From contig OX597818.1 of NCBI GenBank assembly GCA_951406725.2, positions 29,822,001-29,886,000 on the forward strand: a DNA stretch of 64,000 bases. Reading direction: 5' to 3'. The notes under the pieces were generated by a model. It ran no database searches, was not told where the DNA came from, and worked only from the letters and a program-made list of their open reading frames with translations. Numbering within the stretch: the stretch's first letter is position 1; each line of letters starts with the position of its first letter. The translations under genes and the position numbers were made by a program. Below, in pieces: positions 24,301 through 38,448 of this stretch. This stretch comes from Octopus vulgaris (Eukaryota).

Positions 24301-27300
24301 AAAGTAGATTACTCCCATTATTGTTCATTGACTTGTTCTTAATTCTGTTTTGCTCTTGTTTTTCTGTATTTCCTACCCCTGTGACACAGACTAATTAAGG
24401 AAAAGCCAGAAATTTACTATGGAATGAATGAAGTTAACCTTCATCCCCCATTTGGAAGAAAAATTTTTTAAATATGTAGCTGAGTGTGGTTGACCTGTTT
24501 TGATTTCTATGTGATTAAAAGAAATACATTACTTTTCCTCTTTTTTTTTTTGCCGTATTTTTTTTATTGTTTTTGCTTGAGATACTGGTTCCAGTGATTT
24601 GATTTGGTTGACATTAAGTTTAATTTGAATATTTTATTTTATTTTTATTTATTTATTTAGAAATTTAAAAAAATATATTAACATGCCGAAAAAATAGAGA
24701 CAAAGAAAGAGAACATTTGATTTCTATACACTTAATTTTCTTTACAGAAGAAAACTTAAAAGGCAAAATTTTGAAATTATTTTGGGTAGAAAGAGATCAG
24801 GGTATTATGGGATTTCATTAGAATAATGAATTCAGTCTTAAATTGGAGTTTTATGTCTTTTTTTTTTTTTAAATCCTTTAAAAAATAAAGGTCTGCTAAA
24901 CATCAAACTTACAAATGAGAGTAAAATGTTTTTCTTTGATGCTGTTAAAACTTTGTACACACCACTTCAACAAAAGTCAGATACAGGTATAAGTATTTTA
25001 ATAGCAAATTGCTACCAAATTTGGTTAATTCTTTATAGATGGAGGTTTTCACAGAATTCTTTTAAATTTATTGATGCTTTCTTTGTTTATGTAAACTTAG
25101 TTATTATTTAAAAAGTTCTTTTTAAAAAGCATTACATTATTTAACTTCTTGGGCAATGGAGTTTGTGCAATGAGCCTGATTACATTCTTTAGGATGTGAT
25201 ATTTAACTGATTGTTTTATATTTCTTCTTAGTTCAATCCCATAAGAAATAAATTTACCTTCGATCTCATACATATTGATAAAATATGTAGCAGTAATTAT
25301 ACTGGGGCTCAGTGGCAAGACCATTTTTTTCTGTAGAGCTTTCTCTTAAATTTAAGATGGAAACTTTAAATCTTCCATGTTTCTTTCAAATTAATTGGTT
25401 GTTTGTAACCAAGAAGATATTTTTATTTTAAAAACACCCGGTTCTTGTTTTTGATACATTCTATACATTTATTTACAACTTCACATTAAGAAGGATTAGA
25501 ACAAAAATCCATAATGATAACAATAATGCTATACTATCTTCATTCAATATAATGTTGCTTATCATTATCTATTAAGAAAGGGATATATGTGCTACTACTG
25601 TTGTGTTCCTTTAGGGATGCAGTTTGGAAGGGATGTTGAGTACTAAAGGAAATGCAACTTTGTAATGGTTTCAAATTTATAAATAAATGCAGTTGTTGTC
25701 TCACTCAGTGCTATTGCTGACACTGCCCTCAGCTTAACTTTAATTCTTGGTCTATTGTAGATGGTAAGATATAAATTTGTTGTAGAGACAAGAGCCTTAA
25801 GGTGAATACTCTGTAGTTTTTTTTTTCTTGTTTCTGTGTTTAAATCTCCACTGCAGTGAATGCAGCTTTATTTTCCTGTGGATAAAATGAGTACTAGAAG
25901 TTTTATTGGAGATAAAAGTTTGGTATACCTGTTGACTGCAGTTATCAAAAGTGGAGCCTTCATGTTTCCTTTGAGTAGAAGAAATAAATAAAAAAAATTG
26001 TAGTTATTTAAATGATCTTTATTAAATGCAAAAAAAATATATTAATTGCTTTTTGTAGAAATGTGCTTGCAAAGCTTAAATAATTTAAATTGAATTTTAG
26101 TATTTGCTTTGTTTTAACAATATAATCATGTAGTGATGAATTTAATCACTTAATATGTTTGTCCCAAAGACAAGAGATTGTTGTGTAAGGCTCACAAATG
26201 TTACTTTTATTTTTAACTTAAATTTCTATTGTTTTGTTATATAGTGTCATTACTGACTTCTCTTTCTTACTAGAAACTCAACTTCTTTTAATACATTCCA
26301 GTTCTTCATAATTTTGTACATAAAAAAGTATTCCTTCAAATACCAACAAATGAACATATACCACTACTGTCCCATGTTCAAATACTGTAATCCTCAATGG
26401 ATTCTAGTCATTACCATCAACTATTCTGGCTTGAAGAGATTACCTCTGAATATATTTTTTAATGATTTACATTAGATTTTCTATGCTGGTACAAGATAAA
26501 TTTTCCAACAATTTTAGTTGTGAAATATATAGCTAACATTTTTTATAGTTAAATATTCTAAAAAATTAACTATTCAGCCTTACAACTGAATTATGCTTGT
26601 GGGTAGGTAGTTTACAATATTCTCACAAGAGCTTGAATTTGTGAATTTTCATAATAGTCAGGTGCCGGGTTACATACTTATGGTATCGCTTTACTCTGAA
26701 CTTTTGAAATTTCCTTTCTTCAAGGGAAATCTATCTCAAATTTTGCATACAATTGGTAGTGTGGCATGCTACTCAAGGCATATAGTACTCTGACCCTTTC
26801 AATTATTACCCAACTATTTTTCCCACTTTTATCCTAAATAATGAAGGTAAGTACTAATCAGCATTGTTTTAAATATCTTAAATCACTTAATTTCTTTAAC
26901 ACTTACCATTTTATTTTATGGAAGCAATGTAATGCCCCAGTAATTTGGTAAAGATAAATTTATTAATCATAGTTTTAGTGAAACCTTTAAAAAATTCTTT
27001 TATATTTTAAATGTTATATTTCTAACCATTTATTTCTTCATGTGTTGGGGATATCCACCTGTTCTGTACTTGAACAATTTTTGGTAGTCACATGGCATTT
27101 TAAATCTTTATCCTTTGCTATTCTCTTCCCATTAACAATCTGCTTTCTGTCACTTCCGATTCTTCTTTCAACATGAAAAAAAAAAATGCCTTTAAAGTGA
27201 CATTTACAATCCAGGATGAATTCTCTTCAAGGATTTTTCCTAAAATATTCATTGTCTCAAAATTATTTAATACTTATTTCCATAAACTCTTAGCATTTAC

Positions 27301-30300
27301 ATCCTTAAAAGTTACATTTTTCACCCAAGTATAATGGCTGACTTTATATCAGGGAAAGTATCTCTTTCAGTTATCATTACTTTAGATTATTTGTAGAAAT
27401 ACAATTATTTCATTTAATTTGGTAGCCTCATTTTGTTTACACAACTTAAGTTTATTTTTTCATTTTTTAACACTGTTATTTTGTTTCTGTTTCTCTGGAC
27501 TTTTTTTGTATTCTCAATTTTTATTAGCCCTAAAACTATATCACTTAAAATTCTTAATTGATTCACAAATTTCCAGCAACTGCTAACTATTTGCTCTTCA
27601 GATATAAATGTCATCCTTCAGAAATTGGCCACCCTTCTTTTCCAGAATTATAGCAGTTATGTATATGTATGGAGATATATACACACACACACACACACAG
27701 AGTTATTGAAAAATAATTTACTTTAATAAATTGGGTTTAATCTATTTCACTGTTGAAATCAAATTGGAAATATTTTATAATTTTGAATTTATCTATAAGA
27801 GTAGTTTTGTAGACTGCTTTAAGAACATCTAGTTATATTTGGTTAAACTCACATAAAATATTCTATATTGTAAGGTATAAACTATATATTTTCCTTTACT
27901 AATGCAATATATAATGTGTATACTGTGGTTTTTTAAAAATAAATTTCAGTTTATTTAATTGCTAGCTAGATTTGACTTAGATCCCTAAATAAAGTAACAA
28001 AAATAATTAGTGAAAGTAACTTATGGTAATTGTTTCAGCTTTTTTTTTTTCCATTTTCTTAAGATTAACTTGTTTTTGAATTTAGATACAAATGACTGAA
28101 ATATGAAATATATCACCAAATTCTCAACTACATTAAATTTATAGATTAGTAATAACACCAGAACAATTTATGATAATACTTTCTGTTTTTATTAACCATG
28201 CAGCTATTTTGATATATTCTGACTTTAAATATTCATGTCATTTTCTTCTTCTTTAGAATTGAGTCAATTTAACAGCTAACTTTAACAGCTTTTCTGAATA
28301 TTTTTGACAAACTAATTAGTTGATTATTAATTATTATTAATCAATTTCATTATGAAGTGTCCTAAATTATTAGAGTGCATAATTTATGTTTCAGTTATTA
28401 GTTCAAACTATACTTTCTTAAATTAACTAATTTGTGACATGGAAAAGAGATTCTGAAAAAAGAAAATATTAGGTCTGTTTTACTAATATAGAGATCAAAG
28501 GTAATTCTTTTTGAAATTCTGGCTACATAATACAAGTGTCAGTTAGCTATACAAAACTTTTTTTCATAGATCTACTTCTTCATCATATTTAGTATTAAAA
28601 TAATGAACTGCTAAGGTGGCCTAATATCTCCAGAACCTTAAAATCTTTTTACATTACCTACATGTCAACTTCATTGAAACAATATCAGCACAGAGCAACC
28701 TTGAATTCAATAAGTAAATTATAAGAATTTAATATTGGTTTGAATATTATCTTTTGTAAATAATATATACCTTCCACATTATTTACATTTAATTTAAATC
28801 AGAATTGATTTGGTACTCTTACATGTGAAGTATGTCATATTAACTGCAGTTTCAATCAGTGTGATTTATAAAGTGTATGAATGCTTCTGGTATAAAACAA
28901 AAATTATTGGGGAACTGTAACCCCTTTGTATCACAGACATGTAATCTTTGACTGATTTAATTCTCATTGAAGCCATTTCCTAATACTGGGAGACTGCAAT
29001 TGTTCTTGGCATTAAAAAAAATATATATGTCATTTTTAGAATCACTAAAAGTCTCCATTATTTTGCTAAAACGTGATCTTTATTATTTATTATTTTTTTT
29101 TTCATGTTTGCCAGTTGATGGCATTTTATTTTAAGTATTCTTCACTTGCTTCGTAACAAAGAACCTCTTCTCAGAATTTAGCAAAACTGAACTGTTGTCA
29201 CTGTTACAACAGTCACTATCATCTCAGTATTGAAAAAGAAATCAATAATAACTGTAATAAAAACTTGTCACAAGATCCCTCTCTCCAATTTTAGTCAGTA
29301 TCTTGCCTCAAAACATTAGGTAAAATGTAGCCTGAGTGTTGAAGCTTTAGAGATGAAAACTAATAGCCTCTATTGGTTCACTTGACTGTGATGTTTGTAA
29401 TGTAGGACTGTCTGCCTCTCTAATCAGACACCATCTGACTTAGCATGTTGGCAAAAGTTGAAATATTTCAGCTGTTAATATCGTATGAAATAAACGAGAA
29501 TATTTATTAACATATTAATTGCTAGACTTCCGAGTTTATTTTTGTGAAACATTTTCTACTTTTTTTTATATACAAGCATACATATTTTCTTAAATTGTTT
29601 TCTTTCATTATCTTTTTATACTCGTATAAGCTTAGACATTTTCAAGAATATTTCATTAATGGTTGCTATCATTCTACATTTTCTCCTTTTACATACTGTC
29701 TAGCTCAGAGGCAGGAAATTTTTAATATTGAAATGCTGCATTAAAATCACATTGGGTTACAGTCTGCAAATTCATTGTGTAGAACAGTGTCACATTTCTA
29801 TATAAATACATGTTCACTAAATTTAAATAAAATTTATAGCCCAAAGTGTGTCAAATCACACACAAACTAATAATACTGTAGGAAAATAACAGATGAATTT
29901 GTAGAAATAAAAGCAATAATAGATTATATATTATTTTCCTCTTTTTTAATAAATACTAACAAAAAAAAATCTTGATGGACCTTGTTGGAAAAATAATGCA
30001 ATAGTTATTACATAACACAATTTGAGAATACAGGGTTAATACATCGTTGAATACATTGTTAATGTAATTGATCTTAATTTGTAACATCAATTAACGTAAA
30101 GCTTATATGGATGTGGTTTTGAATGTGTGTATTAATAAGTTTATTAGTTGTAGAGATGGGTTGCAGATAATGTTTATGAATATTTTAGTGCCTTACAAAG
30201 TTGAGTGAAGTTTGTAGTACATGTTATAATATTATTTTGTTTGTCGAGTCCAATAATGTATTATAGAAATAATATATTTTATTTTTCAATTGAATAATAC

Positions 30301-31699
30301 ATTGTAGAATCATATCATGTCATTTTTAGAACACTGTATGCCAGTGGATCTTGGCATAGAAGTAACTGACTTGAAAATTAATGTACATGTTTTCCAAAAT
30401 GATCAAAATAGATATCCCCCAAAATTTCTTATTCAGTTTAACATGTGCCATGATTAAAGCTGAAAGAGAACCAGTTCTGTTCTCTACATAGAATGTTAAA
30501 TAATATGCTTATCATGGCTGCCAGAGAAAGTAAGATGAGGACTGAATAAGTGGTCAACTTGTCTGGTGTTAGATGAATGATTTAAGAGAGAATTAATGTG
30601 GTTACTAATAATTTTTCTTAACTATCATACTGTTTAACCAAACTACTGTCTGAATGCTTTTCTGTCTGCTCTGTTTATATATAATACAGAATCAAGATTT
30701 GAACTAGAAATAATAAACTTATTTTTTTATTCAGTTTTTTAAAGGTATTTTTTAAACTAATTTTTAGCTTGTTAGTTTGAGGTGCATAGAGTTCTTTGCT
30801 CAAGGGTATGATACAAATTCATACCAACTTTTTGATAACGTCTACTTTTTTTATATACATGGTTGACTATGTAAACTGAATACTAAGAGTTAAATGTTAA
30901 TGAAATGATCATTTTTATTTGACATTAGAGAAAGGAGCAGTTAGTAAAATTCAGTGATATTAATTTGTTGATAAGAGCAAATATTTCACTCTTTTACATT
31001 GGGTAGGATCAGTTCCAAAAGGAATTTTAGGAATAATGAGGAATGAAAGTTATAGTAGGAGTATACAGTATCCTAACTGTAGAAGCGAGTGATTACAAAT
31101 TGGAATATCAGTGGAAGTATTCCTATTAACCCTGCATCAGATTATTTATCTAGAAATGATATCTACTTGGTGTGTCAAGGATATGAAGAAGACACCAGCA
31201 ATAATTTCTTCATTTTTGGACAGAAAATTATATATATATATATCACCATCATTTAATTCTGTATTCTATGCTGGCATGAGTTAGTTTGACAGGATCTGAC
31301 AAGCCCCTGTCCTGTGTTGAACTCCAATGTCAACTTTGGCTTGGTTTCTGTGGCTAGCTGTACTTCCTAACTCCAACCACTTTACAGTGTGTACTGGGTG
31401 CTTGTTTTGTGCCACCAGCACTAATTGGCAAGTAACTTGCAAGATGTGAAAACAACAGGAAAAGGAAAATGGGGAAAGACCCTTAGATTAGATGGTGGGG
31501 GAATATTTGGGAGACTAACTATGAAAAACTTAGAGGGATTTAACAGGAGCAAGTACCAGTAGTATGGTTCAAGTGCATTTCAAAGGGCTTTTTAAGTCAT
31601 ACTTGTTCATTAACATCATTTGATCACTGTCTTCAGTGATCTAAAGTTGTTAATTTGTAAACATGATTTATTACATGACAAGTCCATGCATTTGTTGAG

Positions 31700-32830
31700 G
31701 AATGTTAACAGAATTAATTCCAGTGCACTTATATTTTACTGATCTTGGAAAAATGAAAGTCAAAGTTGGTCTTGGCAATAAGTAACCTCTTAACTTGAAC
31801 GGACAAGACTAAATATCATTAAGATTTAGTCTAAGACCCTACTATTTCTGCTATGCCACTGCTTTGATATAAGCAGTAATAATTGTTCCTAAGAGGCATA
31901 AGGTCAGATGCTTGGACCAACCTCAGTATTTCACTGATACTTCATATTATCAACTGGAAAGGAAGAGGTAAAAATGATCTTGCTGAGATTTTAACTTAAA
32001 ACTTAAAGAGTTGGAACAGATATCCCAAGGAGTTTCTTCTGACGCTCTTTAATAATGATTACTTAAGCACAAGGTACCAAATTTGGGTGAAAGCTACAAT
32101 TGTTTATATCAACTTCACTACTTGACATGTACCTTTCACTTCCAAAAGGATGAAAGGCAAAGTTCATCTCAGCAGGATGGCTATAATAATAATTATTAAT
32201 TATTATTGTTAATGATAATAATACTAATAATAATAGCTACTAAAGGCACAAGGTCTGATGTTTGGGGGAAGGGGTCTAGTCGATTACATTGACCCTAGTG
32301 TTTTACTGATACTTATTTCATTGGCCACAAAAGGATTAAAGGCAAAGCCAACCTCGGCGGAATTTGAACTCAAAACATAAAGATGGATGAAATGCTGCTA
32401 AGCATTTTGCCTGGTGTGCTAATGATTCTGCCTGCTTGCTGCCTTAATAATAATAATAATAATCCTTTATACTATAGGTACAAGGCCTGAAATTTGGAGG
32501 AGTGGGGGCAGTCGATTATATCAACCTCAATACACAACTGGTACTTAATTTATCAACTCCAAAAGGATGAAAGGCCAAGCTAACCTCGGCAGAATTTGAA
32601 CTGAAAATGTAAAGACAGATAAAATGTCACTAAGCATTTTGCCCAGGGTGCTCACAATTCTGCCAGCTTGCTGCCTTAATAATAATAAGAGCCAGAAAAT
32701 TTGGGAGATGGGTTGATTGGTTAAATTAAGTACTTGAGTAATACTTTAAGAAAGACAAATTTTTTTCCCAGTGGGATTTTATCTCAAAATATAAAGAATC
32801 AGAGCAAATACTGATGTGCAAATGATTCAG
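31700..32830 (-). repeat. Head-to-tail cluster of about 6 family-A SINE copies separated by (TAA)n
   Basis: Well-preserved copies at about 32238-32446 and 32463-32678. Decayed copies at about 31710-31865, 31890-32050, 32060-32175 and 32690-32830. Confidence 0.75.
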
Positions 32831-33830
32831 TTTACTCACTGTTCAGTAATAATAACTTTGTGTATTTGTAACACTCCTTGATTGACTTTTCCTATGAAAT
32901 AATCCAATGTTATGCTATCATCCATCAGATTTTACCAGCCCTCTTAAGTTGGAGGGTTAGTGATGTTTTATTTTTCTTACACAGGATATTGTAGTTTAAG
33001 TGATGGGATATAAACTCACTAAACTCACAATATTTCAGTCAAGGTTGATAGCTCCACTCAGGCATTGTGATTTCTCAATATTGGTAATGATTATAGCCTA
33101 ACTGAGACAGAAAGTTGTCAAAACTGTGATTTAAAAAAAAAAACAAAAAAACTGGGCAATGATGATTCATATTGCCTTAAACATTGAGACACTTTTATGC
33201 CAAAGAATTCACTAAGTTGAAAAAAAAAACCTGTTACATCCAATTTTTATTGGATTGGTTTGGAGGAAGGAGCTGTGCCTATGACCTACACAGACTCTCA
33301 AGCCCAAAGTGATCTGTATGATTGAAGTTCGTCTAGAGCATTTGCAAGAAAACATATGCAGGGACAGAATTACAAATGGCAGGGTTCTGAAGAAGGACTC
33401 AGTGTAGTGATTAGTGTTAATGTGGGTAACAACTGCATAGAGATGGCACAAGGCCCTCCAGCTCCCAGGAACAGACCAATGTAGTAATGCAGAACATAGA
33501 AGGCAGAGAGAGTTAGGCTACAATTACTAATATTGAGAAATTATAATGCTCGAGTGGAGTTATCAACCTTGACTGAAATATTGTGAGTTTATACCCCATC
33601 ACTTCGACTACAGTGTCCTGTGTAAAACATAAAACATCACTATCCCTCCAACTTAAGAGGGCTGGTAAAATCTGATGGATGATAGCATAACATTGAATTA
33701 TTTCATAGGAAAAGTCAATCAAGGAGTGTTACAAATACACAAAGTTATTACTGAACAGTGAATAAACTGAATCATTTGCACATCAATATTTTCTCTGGTT
33801 CTTTACGTTCTGACTTAAAATCCCACTGGG
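32767..33830. repeat. Long inverted repeat with arms 32767-33103 and 33511-33830 and a spacer of about 400 bp
   Basis: For example, TTTGTGTATTTGTAACACTCCTTGATTGACTTTTCCTATGAAATAAT has an exact reverse complement in the right arm. The arms align along their whole length. Confidence 0.92.
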
Positions 33831-34699
33831 GTAAAGTTTGCATATCAATGTGTGTGGACTAGAGGTTGGAATGTCTTAGTCTCTAGATATGAGGTCAGTT
33901 ATCCATTGTAGGTCTCACTTGAGATAGTTGTAGGGGATTGAAGTATTTTCCAGTTCTTAAGAGGAAGACGCCTTTGTAATGCAGTCTTTACCTAGCATTT
34001 GTTAGACGAGATCTTCAGTGATGATGTGGCCTAACATTTATTGAACTTGAGAGTTAATTTGTTGTGAGGAGTTAAAAAAAATTACACATTTTGTCCTTTT
34101 AAGAGAAAGAATATAAAGACCAGTAATACAGTCGTGGAAAAGTATTGTGGAGTGATGTATGTGTGGGAAGAGAGGCAGGAAAGGACAGCATGTGTAGTGT
34201 GTGAGAGATACGGTCTGGGAGAAAATAAAGGGGATGGGGTGGTAAAAGTTTCTGGCAAAAACCAGGTCATTTGAAATGGTAGGGAAGTGGTGAAGGCCAG
34301 ATCAAGTTAAATAAGTGTGAAGGTAAAAGGTTGGATGGAAGAACAATTGCAAAATAAAACAAGACATACGATATCAAATGAGGAAGAGGAAAAGGGTGCG
34401 AAGAAAGTAATTAATGAACTTTGTGAATTGTTATGAGTTATAAATCAATGAATAATGACTCAACGTGTAGAGTGGAAGATAGAGTACTGACTTCATAAAA
34501 ATAGTAAATGTGCACTAACTGTAGATGACTTTCAGCAACATAGTATATGTAGTGAATGTATGAAAATATGTGAAAGCATAAACTGTATGACAAAGTATGC
34601 ATACATAAATTAACTCCTCACCACAAGAATTGTTACAAAAGCAAACTCAGCTTGCACATGTTTGTAGAGTACTCAACAGTCTCTCTCATAAACGATGCA

Positions 34700-35700
34700 T
34701 TCTGGCATCGTTCAACTCAAAAAACCTATTCGAAAAAAAAAAAATCAGGTGTACACTGATGTACCCACTTCTCCGTAACTACTTTCATCTCATCTGTATC
34801 ATCAAATCTCTACCCCTCACCGAAAACTGTCTTTCATTGGGCTGAATGGTAAGCATCGAAGGGTACCAAATCCGGCCTGTACGGTGGATGAAGAACCACT
34901 GGTCAACCCCTATCTGATTATTGCCTGATTTGTTGCCAAAGATATGTCTCCTCGTGCCGTCATGGTAAATATTGAATCGTTTTAAGACTCTTGGTTGGTA
35001 TTTTCCTCCTAATGTCCCCTCTAAGTTTTTTGAATGCCGCAGCGTATCGCCCGCTGTTCACAGTACAGTTACGTTCCAGAAAATCAAGGTGAATGACACT
35101 ATTGTCATCTCACCAAAGCAATCATCATGACTTGTCCAGTCGCTAGTTCTTGACACTAGAGAAGAAGTATAACGCTATGCAATAGATAGTCTTCGTTTCC
35201 AAATCATAAAGATACACCCATGTTTCATTCCCTGTCACCAGATCGAGTGAGGTAGATTTTTCTTTATTGCTTCAAACGCTTCTGGCAAATCAGAGCATAC
35301 TTCCACTCTTCTCTCCGTCAAACTACCGAAGTACTAACTTTGCACACTTTCTCATATCCAAAGTCTTCCACCATCTTTAATGCACTGTGACCACCAGTCA
35401 AGCTGTGCAGCAAGCTCACTGAACGCCTGTACGAATCAATTCGCCCACTCGTTGGCGATTCGTGTTAGTTGTTGCAGTTGATGGTCTCCTACTGCATGGT
35501 TGTCTTCAGTATTGGTTTCTTCTTCTTTAAACTTCTTCCATCTATGCATATTGCTTTCGTCTATGGTGTCATCTCCATGGGACTGTAGCTTCATTGCTCT
35601 TTTGTCAAGAAATCAATGCTAGTAAGTCGTTTCTGTTTGGAACCGATTATTTGCCTGCAACGAACAACTGGAAGAAAAGTTACTAAAGAGGAAGTTATTC
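34700..35700 (-). mobile_element. Decayed mariner transposon fragment
   Basis: Minus-strand LVTGNETWVYLYDLETK (the mariner VTGDETW motif) at about 35195-35245. Boundaries are approximate. Confidence 0.6.
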
Positions 35701-35993
35701 TACCAACACATGCCATTTGAACAACCTGTATCAGTTAATAAAAAAAGAAGTTACGCCCACATTTACGTTGCATTTCGAGACAACTGTGTGCGTGCGTGTA
35801 TGTGTGTGTTGAGATAATCTGTGAGAGTGAAATAGACTAAGCTATGACAGTGACTATTTAGATGACCATGACCTCAGTTGATTCTCCCCCACTGGGTCAC
35901 AGAGGGGAAGACCACCCACCATCACCTCAGCAGTGAAGAAAACACCGCAGAGTGCTGGATCGTACCCATCCAAGACTCTGACAACACAATCAG

Positions 35994-36435
35994 GTGAAAG
36001 GAGTGCTTGCACATGCAATAGGGGCTAGCGTAAGAACCACCTTGAAGAACTACATGGTAAAGTTTAACAAGAAACTATACATGCAGGTTCAAGGTGCAGC
36101 CATTGGTGTCGGTGTAGCTGGAGATTTAGCCAGCCTCTTCATGACCTGGTGGGACAGAAAACTTAAGCAATCCTTAGCAGAACAGTCCACAACTCTTTTA
36201 CTTTACATTAGGTATGTAGATGACATTAATATCCTAGTTAAGACCAACTCTAGTAACGGTAATGTTGAAACTGAGAGAAACATAATGGAGAGCATCCAGC
36301 AAGTAGCTAACTCCATCCACCAAAGTATCAAGGCAACTATAGATTACCCCACTAGGTACCCCCATAATAGACTTCTTGTCCTTGATACTGAACTATGGTT
36401 AGAGTCTGTGAACAGCAGACTGCAGCTCCTCCACT
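35994..36435 (+). mobile_element. Penelope-like element reverse-transcriptase fragment
   Basis: NYMVKFNKKLYMQVQGAAIG...ASLFM..WD...YIRYVDDI...IK.TIDYP....N.L.VLD, the PLE RT core. Confidence 0.8.
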
Positions 36436-36959
36436 CCTATTTACTTGTTTCAGTCATGTGGACATGCTGGGGTACTGCCTTGAAGAATTTTTAGTTAAAC
36501 GTATCGACCCCAGAATTTTTTTCCTTTCTTGCTTGTTGCAGTTACCAGACTACGGCCATGCTGGAGCACCACCTTGAAGACTTTTTAGACAACTGTATCG
36601 AACGCCAAATTTTTTTGGGCCTGGTCAAAACCACCTCAGTGATAGATTTTGTTATCCCCCCTCCCCACCTTTGTACTTATTGAATCATTAGACTGTGGCC
36701 ATGCTGGGGCACTGCCTTGAAGCATTATCCGTAAAAAAGAAATGTATTCCATTGAAAATAAGTAGAAGTGAATAAGAGAACACAAGATTTTTACTACTCA
36801 ATGTACATATTTTCTGAATTCTAACAAAAGGAAAGCATTTACTTTAAGAAATGTGTAGAACGATAGAAACAATAAGAAATACATTTGAACACTTAGCCTT
36901 CGGCGCCATAATTTTGTTAGACCTTCAAAGGCCGGAGAAAGTTCAAAAGATCAGCTCAT

Positions 36960-37761
36960 GGATCTTTTCCTTTTGAACGGCACACAATTTCTAGTTAACT
37001 AAACACTTTAAAACTTTGTATACAGGTAGAATGTGTCAAAATAAAACATTTTTTTCTCTTGGCTTTCTTGATAAAATTGTAATTTGTTTGTTTAATGCAG
37101 TTTAATTTTTCGAATTTTAACCAATGAATCACCTCTAATTGAGCTAAAATCATTTGCTGCGTCTAAAACTGAGACCACATCCTGTCACTAAACCTAAACC
37201 TCCGTATACGTATGGAAAGCTTGTGTATAAAATTATAGAATTATTTTGTTTGTTAATTGTTTTAATTATTTTCCATTGCTTTCGTTTTTTTTACATGCGT
37301 AACAATTAAATTAATTTAACAATTAAGAAAAAAAAAATTAGGGTTAGGGTGAGGTTTAGGGTTAGTGACAGGATGTCTCAGTTTTAGACGCAGCAAATGA
37401 TTTTAGCTCAATGGAGGTAATCGATTGGTTAAAATTGCCGAAATGCTCGAAATTTCAGACGAAATATCTTACAAACTATAGAATTTTCTCAATAAAACCA
37501 AGAGAAAATGATGTTTTATAAACACATTCTGGATCTTTTCCTTTTGATGGACGGAATTTTCTAGTTAACTAAACAATTTGAAACTTCGTATACTGGTAGA
37601 ATGTGTCAAAAGAAAACATTAACAATAATATTTTCTTTTGACACATTCTACCAGTATACGAAGTTTCAAATTATGTTTTCTTTTGACACATTCTACCAGT
37701 ATACGAAGTTTCAAATTGTTTAGTTAACTAGAAAATTCCGTCCATCAAAAGGAAAAGATCC
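36960..37761. mobile_element. MITE with GGATCTTTTCCTTTTGA termini and internal inverted repeats; third partial copy at about 38107-38175
   Basis: Terminal inverted repeats at 36960 and 37761, internal palindromic arms (about 37120-37200 versus 37355-37430) and a perfect 89-bp fold-back at 37531-37761. Confidence 0.8.
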
Positions 37762-38234
37762 TTTATCGCTAGTGCCGTTACATAATTTCAACTGGGACTT
37801 GAATCCAATAAAGTTGTGAGACAAAGCGACTACTATTTCTAACAATTCGCTCGACTTGCTAGAAATAGCAGCCAAGGTGTTTAGGAATAGCTCTCTCTCT
37901 CTCCAAATCCTATACTTCAGAGGAAAAGAACAGGGTAGTTTTTTGTTATTGTTTTTTTTTTTTTTTTTTTTTTAGCATTCCATACTACGGGAATAACGAC
38001 TGAAAAAAAAAAATTTTTCAAAAAGTTTCTCCACTACCTTTCCTATAAGTTTTGAGAGTTCGAGGGCTAGTTATTTCACAACTCCGCCAAATGCGAGATG
38101 ATCGTCGGATCTTTTCCTTTTGAACGGCACTTTGTAACATAATTTCTAGGTAACTAAAAATTTTAAACTTCGTGATAAAATTAAATATTGTGTCTTTATC
38201 TTTTTCGGTTGCTACACTTTTATTCTTTTCTAAA

Positions 38235-38448
38235 CTAAGCACAAGGCCCGAAATTTTGGGAGCGGAAGACAGTCGATTAGATCGATGTCAGTACGCAACT
38301 GGTACTTAATTTGTCAACTCCGAAAGGATGAAAGGCAAAGTCGACCTCGGCGGAATTTGAATTCAGAACGTAAAGACAGGCGAAATGCCGCTAAGTGCCG
38401 CGAAGCATTTCGCCCGGCGTGCTATCGTTTCTGCCAGCTCGCTTCCTT
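38235..38448 (-). mobile_element. tRNA-derived SINE (family A)
   Basis: Homologous to 19311-19527, with CpGs retained. Confidence 0.85.

Noticed and set aside
21824-24398. Numerous long ORFs rich in Y/I/C/V/H/T
   Set aside because: They are translations of (TA)n/(TG)n microsatellites that happen to lack stops, not proteins.
37338-37365. TTAGGG telomere-like repeats
   Set aside because: Only 3-4 degenerate units, and they are an internal part of the MITE (mirrored at about 37190).
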